A stretch of DNA of 62,850 nt, the filler included, from Nemertoderma westbladi (lineage: Eukaryota > Animalia > Xenacoelomorpha), in the NCBI GenBank assembly GCA_032718475.1. It is 4 parts of 4 records of this genome, joined end to end, with 100 filler letters (N's around TTAATTAATTAA, not from the genome) between each part and the next. Parts side by side here need not be neighbours in the genome. Positions count along the whole stretch, not along the records: positions 1 to 31,970 come from JAUCBJ010002366.1; positions 32,071 to 52,353 come from JAUCBJ010003733.1; 2 more parts are not named here. One strand, 5' to 3'. This document shows, one piece after another, positions 23,650 to 34,909 of the stretch. The notes under the pieces were generated by a model, which did not search any database, was not told where the DNA came from, and saw only the letters and a program-made list of their open reading frames with translations. A program made the position numbers and the translations under genes. Position 1 is the stretch's first letter, and every line of letters begins with the position of its first letter.

Positions 23650-26600
23650 CGGTCGCTAGAATACTCTAAAGGGGATCTATAGCTAAAATAGTGCAAGCTA
23701 CCAGCTTATTGGCTGATTTGCTGTACGCAGGTATCTGGGCTCTGTTTAATCGGCCAACCAGCCTAGGAAGGTTGCGTCATAGCCTTGTTTTTTGTATCTC
23801 CCAATAGAATTTGAGTTAGCCTTGATTTTGACCTATCACAGAGCTACTGAACTGAAATTTTCCTATCTCACTGCTCTTTCTCTGTGTTGAACGGGAGCTT
23901 CGTGGAATAAGGGTAGTTGGTATCCTCGTATAGAGTAGTAGTCACGAGTTTTTCAAAGCCACGAAAGAACGGCTTTGTAGTGTTTTGTGCTTTTCTGCTT
24001 TTAGCCCAACACTAGTAGGTTTAATTATAAGGACATATATCCTTTAACTATCTGACGAACTCTGCTAAAAATTACCTGCTCAATCAATACTGTATACTGC
24101 TATTTGTTGTCGGTTATTCATTATATTTGTTGATGAATTATTATATTGGAATAACGAGAAATAACCCCGAAAACCCAATATTCTTGATATACCGAAGGTA
24201 AGAGAGAAAGGTTACCTATAACGATTGTGACTTATGTTAAAGTGGTTTGAAGTGAATCTAATGTTATTTGATAGACCCTACATGAGTCAGTCTGTGTTCC
24301 TTTTATATGTGACTAAAATCAGTGAAAATTGGCAGATTAGTGTGCAGTATTGTGCAGCATTGTGTATGAGTGAGTCTGTTAAAGAAGCAATTCCTAAAGA
24401 ATGCGCCATATATGTGAATTATAATTAAGCCATATCGTTGTGAGTAGTTTAAGTCATAACTCTGTTTATATAGATAAAGCGCCACGTCCTAAAGGAACTG
24501 TTAATATTCCCGAAGGTGAATAATATTGTCAGAGATTATATAATACTGTCAGTCGAATAATACATTAGGCTTACATAGCAATAAAATTAAGCCGTCGAAC
24601 CCAATCTCCCGGGAATATCCAGCGGGTGAATGATCGCGCACAGATTGGTTTCGACTAGTGTAGTGAATCAAATACTTGTCATAGGCTAAAAGGCGATTTA
24701 ATATCTAGAAGACATCTTAATTTGGCGGGTTAAACTGCCAAAGGTCTGAAAGCGCGAACATTAAAGGATATAGCTTCTTTATTGCAGTAAGCAATAAAGT
24801 TGAAAATACCGGTCAACCGGTAAACTTGAACCGGTACTTCTGTAGGTCAGTAGGCCCAACTGCAAGAACCGGTACTGCTGTAGGCCCGTAGGTCCAACTG
24901 CCAGAACCGGTACTTCTGTAGGTCCGTAGGCCTAACTGTCCTAACCGGTACTTCCCGTATAAGTACATTAGTATTATTCGATTTGATTGTTGTATACCGG
25001 TAGGTCTTAGTACTTAATCAGGGAACGGCCGCCCTGGTTTTTTATTGAGATTTTACTTATTTCTGTCAAGTTTTATTTGTTTGTAGGCCAGTATTGAACA
25101 GAAGACGTGTAAGCCTGATCAGATTGTACAGACAATTTGTAGGCTGAGCTGTTGTCTGATTGCTGTTAAGTCTGAACGGATTGCAGTGTGTGTAGATCAC
25201 CTGTCCGATAAAGAACGGTTAGGAAGTAGGGGCAGCGAATGCTGTAAGGTAAACCCCCAATTAAAGAATAAGTCGTACTACTGGGTTAGAACGCATACTA
25301 CCTAATTATTTCGGAGTCTGCATGTCCTGTAGTTTATTTAGGCTTGAGAGTAGTCTGCCATCGTTTAGTCTGTACTTTGTTTGTGTAAGTCTGTACGGGT
25401 AGCGTATAATTTTATTTAGATAATTTGTAGGCTGGATAGTTGTCTGGCTGTTATTAGGTCTGAACGGATTGCAGCGTGTGTAGATCACTTGTCCGATAAA
25501 GAACGGTTAGGAAGTAGGGGCAGCGAATGCTGTAAGGTAAACCCCCAACTAAAGAATAAGTCGTACTACTGGGTTAGAACGCATACTACCTAATTATTTC
25601 GGAGTCTGCATATACCGTAGTTTGTTTAGGCTTGATGGTAGTCTGTCAGTGTTCGGTCTGCATTTTGTTTGAGTAGTTTGTACGCGTAGCGTAATATTTA
25701 TTATTCAGAGTTTATGCGATTATCCGCAACATTCATTCCCCAAGTTTGTTCCTACAGTAATTGTGTCTGTTATACATACCGCTATAGTTAAATTAACCCC
25801 GGTACTACACGGGCTGCTTGGCGTAGGTAAAGACTGGTGATTTTGTGCACCGGTCACTCCAGCAGATGCCGTGGTTCTTTTAGCTGTTCAAGTATATTTA
25901 ACTACTGATTATCTGTTGTACAAGTACTCGTACCTAATTTAGGGTTTAGTGTACAGTGCTTACCGAAAGTAATTAGTGTAGGCATTATATTTGTGTTGTA
26001 AAGTGGTTGATAGGCACGTTCGATTAGCTCTATTAACTTCTAGGTAGGAACACTCCGTGATACATAACGTAGAACCTATAGCGATACGGCTATAGGTCGT
26101 CAGGCGGTGGTATTTTCCTATCTGGACAACGCAGTGTATTCACTACTACTTATTATTTCAAATACCGTAGTACCCTGTCCGTTGTAATAACCAGATTTCT
26201 AACCCTTTGTTAGGCTGGTTTGTAGACTTCTTGTAAAATCACCCTAAAAATTCGTATTTTGCGTTTTTTGTAAATTTTTGTGTTTATTTAGAGATCGTAA
26301 TCTCACCCGAATTGTACGTAATTTGTAGTATTAAGTAACTTAGGTAAATTAGCATTATTTGTTTTAGTGTCTTATAAGTAACACTTCACTGAAAGCGTAC
26401 CGCTTTGTGTAGTGATTACCCACCCGAAATAATAACATTTATTTCAAACATTGACTAAACCCATTAAAACGGGTATATATATATTATAAATCAAATCTAA
26501 CGATTTATAAATAGTAGGCCTACCATACCACCATTAGGTCTCAATATCAGTTGGATTACTGCTCAAATAACGGTAATAAAGTAAGTAAAGTAACCAAGTA

Positions 26601-27018
26601 ACCCAAAATTTCAGAAATTCAATTATTTAAAATAATTGATATACCGGTATTTACGATAGGCCTATTATCTTTATTTCTATAAATTTAGGCTGAAATTATA
26701 CCGGTACTTTATAATTAATTCTAGTCCAGAATTATAATTATATACTACAAACTGTCAGCTGTATACCGGTATTCCCGATAGGCCTATTATATATTTATTT
26801 ATATTTGTGCTAAAATTATACCGGTATTCGGTGATAAACCTAGTCTGTAATAATAGTTATATATACTATAAGCATACCAGTATTCTAATATATTATATAT
26901 ATCACGCTACACTGAGTAGCAGTACCGGTAATTAATTACTAGGCTAGCAGTTAATACTGAGTTACTAGACTTGCTCAGACTGTAATACAGCAGTAGACAT
27001 TCAACTGTATACATAAAC
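23650..27018 (+). mobile_element. Probable 5' LTR and long leader of the BEL/Pao element
   Basis: Begins where the pogo frame breaks. Non-coding, with internal repeats (~34 bp at 24828-24955, 288 bp at 25134-25700, ~120 bp at 26640-26880). LTR boundaries and PBS were not identified. Confidence 0.45.
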
Positions 27019-30000
27019 ATGTCTGATACTAAGCAGAACCTGTCAGACAGTTTATTAGATGTAACTATCTGCGACTCAGATAGAGACGTAGAACCGTCTA
27101 GTCGTAAGTTCAGTTCACCTCCCACTGTGAGGAAAGTCATCCCTCCTGTAGTAATAACCGAACCTAGGCTGGTCCAACATCGTAGGTCTATCATAGGCAC
27201 TCGAGCTCAGGTCAAGCGGGACCAAGAAGCAGCAGAACAGCAACAACCCGCGAGCCAAGAACTTACTTCTCAACGGCCCAACAGCTCCAGTAGTGAAGAT
27301 ACTGTAGAGCTGACACCCGAGCGTGGAGCAAAGATGACGGATGCGGTTTATACGGATCCCCTTCTCATCCTTCCTGCAGTCGTACTCACCAGGTTATTGA
27401 TCGCTGTGGAAGAACACCAGATCGATTGGGCGAGAAGCCAGCGTTCAACTAGAGATAGTTATGCTGGATACACAAGGGAAGAACTGAAGTCCATGGTAGA
27501 GTCGCAATGGAACTTCCCCGGACCCGGACTCCCGTTTGATTTATCAGAAGCTGCCTGGGAAGACATACACCGGATGGGAGTAGCCAAGGAAACCATCGAT
27601 CCCGCTGTGTGGAAGAGGTCCGCAGCCGGATACGCACAGGGATTCTTCAGCTCTATGGAGCGAGTAAAAGGACAACTGTTTCAACAACCACAAGGACCTC
27701 AAGAGCAGGGACAACTGCTTTATCAAGTGAGAGAAAGAATTCTACGAATCAGGCTAATATTATCGGCCTTTGAGGAGGCTTCTAAACGAAGACAAGACAC
27801 GTCGTTGCAAGTCGCCGTAAAGACTTGGTTTCAAAGGGTGAATCTCCAGGTTCAAGGAACAGCTCAGTGGAAAGCTCAGCTGGAGGAGCGATCAACCCAT
27901 GGAGAATCAACAGACGCTACTTTTTCCCAAGTGGAAAGTGAAGCGACGGCAGAGAAACCGCATAAGAGGGATGCCATTGACATCTATCTGTCAGACTATC
28001 AACGTTTTTTAGGTGATGACGAGTTGAGGAGAAGGTTAGAGGGACTTAGCCCTAATAGTGAAGGAACCAAGCTTGTGTTGGATGCCATCGATGTGGAAAT
28101 GAGGGCTGCGAACCAGGCTGAATTTGATGAACAACTCCGCATCACACGAGCCCAAGAAGAACAAGTAAAGAAAAAACGTATAGAAGACAGAAAGAAAGCA
28201 GCAGTGGTAGCTGCAGAAGCAGAAAGAAAAGCGGCAGCGGCAGAGGCAGCAGCAGAGGCAAAAGCGGCAGCGGCAGCGGCAGAGGCAAAGGCAGCGGCAG
28301 CGGCAGAAGCAAAAGCGGCAGCGGCAGCGGCAGCGGCAGCGGCAGAAGCAAAGGCGGCCGAGGCTGAGAGAAAGGCCGCAGAGGCAGTGGCAGAAGCCGA
28401 ACGGAGAGCGACTGAAGAAACCACCCAATTAGAATTGGAAAACATTCAGGAGAATCAAGACTGCATAAATAAACAGTTAACAGCTAGTAATATGCAGATG
28501 ATGAATCGATCTACTCCCAAACGACAGGGATATACATCATCTGAGGAAGGCGATACCACCGATACTGAAGGCAAAGGAAATAGATCTCGTTTAAGCAGAC
28601 GTAAAAGAACATTCCACCGTCAGAAATTGCCTGATTTGCCTCCAGCTGTTAGAAGGCAACTAAATAACACCAACTTAGGTAGTACAGAACCCACAGACCA
28701 AATAATTAAAATAGAAAGACTCCCTACTATAGTAGATGAGCCTGAAATAATTAGGCCTGTTCTCGAAATCACCCCTTCGGTGATAGACACACCTGTACTC
28801 CCTGAAATTACCTCTAAATTCCCTCTGCATAGCACTAAGCTACCTGTGCCCCGTAGAACTGCCCCGGAGACAGTTCAGGTCCTGGACCCCGAGCGAAATA
28901 TTCATAATTTGTCGCCCGTTGTCCATCGTCCGCCCGCTACAACGTTGGCGACTCCCGCTTCGGCGGTCGAATGGGTGGACGAGGGACGGCGGGGGATGGA
29001 TATCCTGCTCGGGCAGATGCAGGAGACTGTCCAGCAATTCAAGGGCACAGTAAGGGAAAGTAGGCTAGAGTTGCAAGAAGTGCAGCAAAGTATCGCGCTG
29101 GAACGCGATAAATTAGTAAATACTCAAAGAGGTATACCACCACCCTCTGTAACAATGTGTCAACCTGTTAGGTCTGAAGTATCGCATGCGCAAGGTGTGG
29201 AGCCTACACGCATCTATACTGCTAGCGAAGTAGAAACTCCTATAGTGAACCCTATTAAGGGTAATTATAGACCTGTTGATAATGATATTCCATATAGACC
29301 TGATCATAATCCGAGAAATTTATATACCGATAACTCGATATTAAATAACACGATGGCCCAAGAAAGTTTTACGCGTCAAATGGCTAGAACCGAAGCCCGA
29401 CAAGCGGTGAAGGTGGGAGAGATCGTCAAGTTCAATGGAGATGAGATGAAATGGTTACCTTTTAATGAATATTACAAAGATAACATACAGAACTCTGTAC
29501 TATCTAATGGAGAGAAACTTAGATTCCTCATCGAGTGCTTGGAAGGATCTCCCAAGTTAATGGCGTTAAAGTTTATTGGACATCCAGACGGATTAAGACA
29601 AGTTTGGGACACACTAAACATCAGGTATGGTAATAGGAATAATATCGCTAAGTATTTATATGCAAAATTAGTAGCGCCCAGAAAGTTCATCAGCAGTGGG
29701 ATAATAGAGTTTTCCGATGAGATTCAAGAGATCTGTAGACAATTAGATTGGTTAGGTAAGTCTCATGAATACCAAAGTTCTATGGTCATTGGAGCTGTGG
29801 CTTCTACTTTACCGAAAGGTGGGGTAGGCACACGCTGGGATAAGAAAGTACTATATATGATGGAACAACAACGACGAGACCCTACCATGGCTGATCTCAT
29901 GTCATTCCTAGATGGAGAAGTGAAATTACAGCTCCTGAAACTGTCTAGAGAGAAGACACCGGAAAACAAGGTAAGTGAAAAACCCGTCTCTAGGAGAAAG

Positions 30001-31970
30001 GTAACACCAGTGTGTTATACAGACGACGGCGAAAGCCAGACTTCTCAAGGAGAAGATAGCGGGAAGGACACGGATAGATCTTATTACGTGAATAAAATGC
30101 CTAAAGATCAGGTAAGTAAATTCAAGTCTCGAACAAATGACAGGAGGGAACAGGTAAGAAAAACTCCCCCTACGTCTCCCAAGAGAATTCCGGTGAGAAA
30201 GCCCGAAGAAAAGGCAAGTGTACACAATGTGACTCAAAATAAGGTAAGTAACATCAAACCGAAATGTGCGCTGTGCGACGGGACCCACCGTTTGAATATG
30301 TGTGATGAATTCCTGAAGAAATCATTATCGGAGAGACGAGAAGTCATGTGGGATAAGCGGTTATGTTATAATTGCCTCAGACAAGGACACCAACGGCGAA
30401 CCTGTTTCTCTGACATAAGGTGTGCAAAGTGTGGTGCGAAACATCATATCTTGTTGCACGCTGAATTCGAGCGAAATAGTCCGAATCAGGTAAGTGATTC
30501 CGAGCTACATGTCCAATTCAGTGATGTGAACGACACTGATCAATCTGAGATGGAAGGATTCTATACAGACGAGTTCTCCGACGAAAACGAATCCTGTTAC
30601 ATGATAAATACCGCAGTGTATCGAGCACTCACATATGAAAAGGATACAGACAGCGACTTCACTCTAACTACTTCTGAACGACAACCATCTTGGAAAGAGC
30701 CATCTTCCAATGTAGGGATCCGAGAGTTTCCTGTGGTGCAGGTAAGGGTTCACGGACCTAAACGGAGTTATGTAGTGAACGCCCTCCTGGACTCCGGCAG
30801 CACAGGAACATTCATTGATAAAGAACTAGCCGAAGACATATTCGATGGACAACCCAAGTTCCGAACTAAGCTAAACATGTCAGGAATTATGCAAGTTTGG
30901 AAATCTACAATAACAGCTGATTATTATGTAGGCGCGTTGTCCACCCCACAAGACGAACTAGGAGAACATAGCATAAGGTCAGTGAAAATGGTGGCTATAA
31001 AGAACTTCGCTACTACTCAAGCAGACCTTTATAATTGGGACGAGGATGAGAGCATCCAACATCTTAACATACCTCGATTCCAGACTGATTATCCTGGAGT
31101 GCAAATACTCATCGGCCAAAACGCGCATGAGGCGCTGGAGACATTAGAGAAACGGCCTGCTCAACCGCAGCCACTACAGACCTATGCGGTAAGAACTAGA
31201 GTAGGTTGGTACTTTACTGGCCCTTCCCGTAGAACACTCAGAGAAAGACTACCGCAAGAGCACATCTGCCAGGTGAGTGAATGGGAAGATGATACCAGTG
31301 AGGGAGACAACTTAACTGAGGGAACTCCATACTCCTCAGATAATGACGACGTTCACCAGCTTTTTGATGAGGAGAATACCATCGATCTCCTTAAGGAAAA
31401 CGAGGCTTGGCAGAACCAAGTGAACTTATGTCAACTTCTTTATCCATCTGAACGAGAAGCTTATAACGACGAGTTAAATGACGTCATTGAGCGTCATAAT
31501 GCCAAGACTCGGGATGAACATGCCGTACGATTCTTTACGCAAGAGGCGGTAGAGCCCAATTCCTACGATAAAGCCTTGTCGGTGGAAGAGGAAAGGGCCA
31601 AGCAGATCCAAGAGACAACTACACGTTTCCTCAAAGATCAAGGTAGGTATGAAGTCGGTCTTCCTTTCCGCAAGAAAGAACCGAAGTTCATCAATAACAG
31701 ACCTTTGGCGGAAAAAAGAATCGCGCAACTCCATCGACGCCTTACAGCTAATTCTTCAGCTAAAGCAATGTATCAAACTCAGCTGGAAAAATTTATTAGT
31801 AAGGGATACGCGGAGAAAGTACCGGAAGAAACACCTGTGACTGAAAGAACGTATTACTTAACTCACCATTACGTTCCTAAACCCGGTAAGCCACACGAAG
31901 TGAGAGTAGTGTTTGATGGCTCCGCGCTTTACATGGGTCAATCCCTTAACTCTGAATTGTTACCCGGACC
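27019..31970 (+). CDS. BEL/Pao LTR retrotransposon Gag-Pol polyprotein, truncated by the gap
   Basis: Open for ~1650 aa. Has DUF1759-like capsid (KFNGDEMKWLPF...EKLRFLIECLEG), three BEL Zn knuckles (CALCDGTHRLNMC, CYNCLRQGHQRRTC, CAKCGAKHHILLH), protease ALLDSGSTGTFI and RT start YYLTHHYV...VRVVFDGSA...SLNSELLPG. Confidence 0.95.
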
Positions 31971-32070
31971 NNNNNNNNNNNNNNNNNNNNNNNNNNNNNN
32001 NNNNNNNNNNNNNNTTAATTAATTAANNNNNNNNNNNNNNNNNNNNNNNNNNNNNNNNNNNNNNNNNNNN
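31971..32070. other. Artificial 100-bp contig linker
   Basis: N44-TTAATTAATTAA-N44, with stops in all six frames; identical to the other two gaps. Confidence 0.97.
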
Positions 32071-32140
32071 GTTTCCCCTGATGCTCAGACAATAGAGTGG
32101 CTCCCATTATTTATATGACCCTGGTCAAACCCTTAAACCC

Positions 32141-33000
32141 TTAACCCTATCTGGCCCGGGCTCTTTTTACTACGTAATTGGCCCGGGGGGGGGGGGGGGG
32201 GCATTTAAAAAAAATTTTTATTCATATCTTGGCTGAGATTCGCAATTTTGAAACCATGAAGTGAACAGGTTGAAATTATTCATAACTCAAAATTGCGGAG
32301 GAATAATTTCTGGTATGTTTTGGGTTTTCGAGATTAGTTTTGGGTTTTTCCGATACGCTACAACTTGTTAAAAATATTTTATCGTAGTGCTTTTGGTGAT
32401 AGCCTGGCGGGATGAAAAATACAAGTAACACAAAATTTCAAAGTGATAAATGTTGGGTTTGGTTGGATAATTCTGAAGGTATACGGGTTTTCGAGGTCAC
32501 TGTTCACGATACAACTCGTTAAAAATCTTTCCTGGTAGGCAATCATCGTTTTATGTACTAGTCAGGTGGGACGAAAAATACAAGTAGCACAAAATTTCAA
32601 AGCAATAATTTTGGGTTTGGTTGTATAATTCTGAAGGTATACGATACGAGTTTTCAAGGTCGCTGATCACAATGGAATTTGTTCAAAATATTTTATGGTT
32701 TTACAACCATATCGTATGGTCGTTACGTGTATATTTCCTGGCACATAACCATAATTGTTATGGCAATAATGGAAATAGCTAAGCTTGGCTTAGCTAAAGC
32801 CTAGCTTTAAAACCGCTAAGGGGTAAACGGCTGTTCTATTCGGTGAATTGCTGCCTAAGATCCTCTAATTATGAAACAATTTTTGAATGTGGCGTTGAAA
32901 AGTTTAGAACTTTTTTAGCACTGAATTTATTCACCTTATCAAAGTGAATTTTGTTTTACTTTTCATGGATGGTAAGCTTGCTCATAACCTCCCGGGCATT
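32141..33000 (+). mobile_element. piggyBac-like non-autonomous element, left end
   Basis: TTAA followed by CCCTATCTGGCCCGGG, a repeated GGCCCGGG and a G tract; ~160-bp internal direct repeat (32415/32575). The partner TIR was not found. Confidence 0.4.
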
Positions 33001-33484
33001 CAAATTGAAACATATTTTTGGCACATAACCAAAAATACCAGAATAATTCAGATACTATATATTTGAGTATTGTATTGTTCACCATTCCAGAAAACCTATA
33101 ATGTCATAAAATCAGGTTTATTTGGTGAAGATTTTTTATTATCAAAATTGTGCTACCGTACTTTTATTTTTCATGTACTTTGGTACTTATCCAAAAATGC
33201 CAGAATAATTTAAGGAATAATCAATTTCATTGTCATAATTGTGCTCAGCATCCTAAACAGGTGATAAAATTAGTTGTTTGATGAAGAATTTTTGATTATC
33301 AAATTTGTGCTACTTACTATTCGCTCTGGGTTAGGGGTTTGGCCCCTGACCCTCATTGTGTGATTCTCCTTCCCATTCTTATTGGGATGGCACGAGTTGG
33401 TTAATTACCCAATCTCGTGGCTCCCAATATTGCTTATCGGCTTACAACTTTATGGGGTGTTAGCGGGATTGAATAAGCTAACAG

Positions 33485-33722
33485 CCAACACCCTACTGGT
33501 AAACTACAAGTTAGTAAAATGTGAATAAAAATACCCAACAAAGTAAAATGCATTTACTTTATCAATAATATAATTAAATCTACAGATTATATATTTTTAG
33601 ACAAAAACTCAGACTGTAACTCTTGATGAAGCCAGAGCTCATGTCAACCACGAAGTTCAGCTATAAGGGGACCAGGGATGGTGGGTCTTTGGCAGGGCCA
33701 AGTCGGCAATGTCGGCCAACTT
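33485..33722. repeat. ~240-bp segment duplicated at 52112-52353
   Basis: Near-identical GCCAACACCCTACTGG...GTCGGCCAACTT; the second copy runs into the gap. Confidence 0.9.
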
Positions 33723-34602
33723 GGATGGTAGTTCAATCGTGGAGCTAGCCCGGCTACGCATCACATGAGTTCCGCTGCAGCAGGGAAACTTCGTTTATGC
33801 CCTATTCGGAGGTGGTGCACCAGGTGGTATAACAACTGGCACAGAAGATTAAATAAATATATTAAGTTCTTACATGAAATAAATTTCAATATGAAATATC
33901 AATATAATATATTTTGATCAAATTATAGCACAACAAACAATGGCTAGTATCAGTGAACAAACCTACCGTATAACTATACATACAATGTTATACACACGTT
34001 GGCAGGACGAGGACAATAAAACTCAGTATTGTGTAGCCAGATCAACCCCCCCGCAGACCTGCCCCATCCCCAAAGCCTGACCCGCGCCAAGACCGTCGAC
34101 CACCTCTGAGGCAGAGAGAATTCGATCGGAGGAGGGCGAATTGAATCCTCCGGCGAACTCCACCCTGCACACAGGCAAGGCCCCCTCTCGGCCATCCAAG
34201 CTTGTCTCGAGACGACATGAAATAAATTTAATGAAATAAAAAGCCTAGATTATCAACATTCTTTTAAATCTGCAATGTTTCCAGTATATCCTGAGTCATT
34301 TAGGTTGTTCTAGAAAATTTAAGTGCATAATTACAAATAATTCCCCAAAAATATATAAAATTAGTTTCTCCATTCGAAAAATTAGATTACCAGCTGGTTT
34401 TGTTATTATTTTTTTTTAGAAACATTGTCCAGTATGTCACCGCTTCATTCCAAATATAATCACATTACGATGACGTCATACGAACTATTTCACAATTCTA
34501 ATTTTTGTTATTTACGCTATAAACTGCTATTTTATGAACAATGATGATTGTATATTATAAAATATTGTACTATACACTAACTGCTTGTTTATGTTGTTTC
34601 AG

Positions 34603-34734
34603 GCCCCCCGAACATAACTACACCTCCGGCCAACACGAATGGCACTATAAACGATAAACTGACCCTCAGTTGCGCAGCAACCGGCCAACCCCGCCCAGAT
34701 ATCACCTGGAGTAAAGGCGGAACTTTACTCAAAG
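34603..34734 (+). CDS. Exon encoding the N-terminal half of an Ig I-set domain
   Basis: gtttcag acceptor, phase 1-1, 132 nt: PPNITTPPANTNGTINDKLTLSCAATGQPRPDITWSKGGTLLK, then G|gttatt. Has the LxCxAxGxPxPxIxW motif. Confidence 0.8.
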
Positions 34735-34909
34735 GTTATTTATTTTTACTTCTGTAACTAACCGATTTATAGCTCAAAGCCACACTGTAAAGTGTGAAAA
34801 AAGTTCGCCACAACACTAGACCATATAAGTAAAGGCATTTATTTTTCCATCACTAAAAAATAATCAATTTATCATTAGATTTAATGCAAGAATAACTATT
34901 TTATATCAT

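Noticed and set aside
25170-25250. HDV-like ribozyme in the BEL leader (GCGAATGCTG with a P2-like pairing)
   Set aside because: I could not build a 7-bp P1, a pyrimidine-rich L3 or P1.1, so the topology is incomplete.
26070-26110. Second hammerhead (minus-strand CTGACGA plus an 8-bp stem)
   Set aside because: The stem is followed by TTCTA rather than GAAA, and there is no stem I or stem III.
27999-28445. Antisense Ala-, Cys/Arg- and Leu/Pro-rich ORFs
   Set aside because: They are shadows of the GCN-rich repeat in the BEL Gag.
32127-32148. Telomere-like AACCCT repeats
   Set aside because: There are only three imperfect units, overlapping a TTAA-CCCT transposon-like end.
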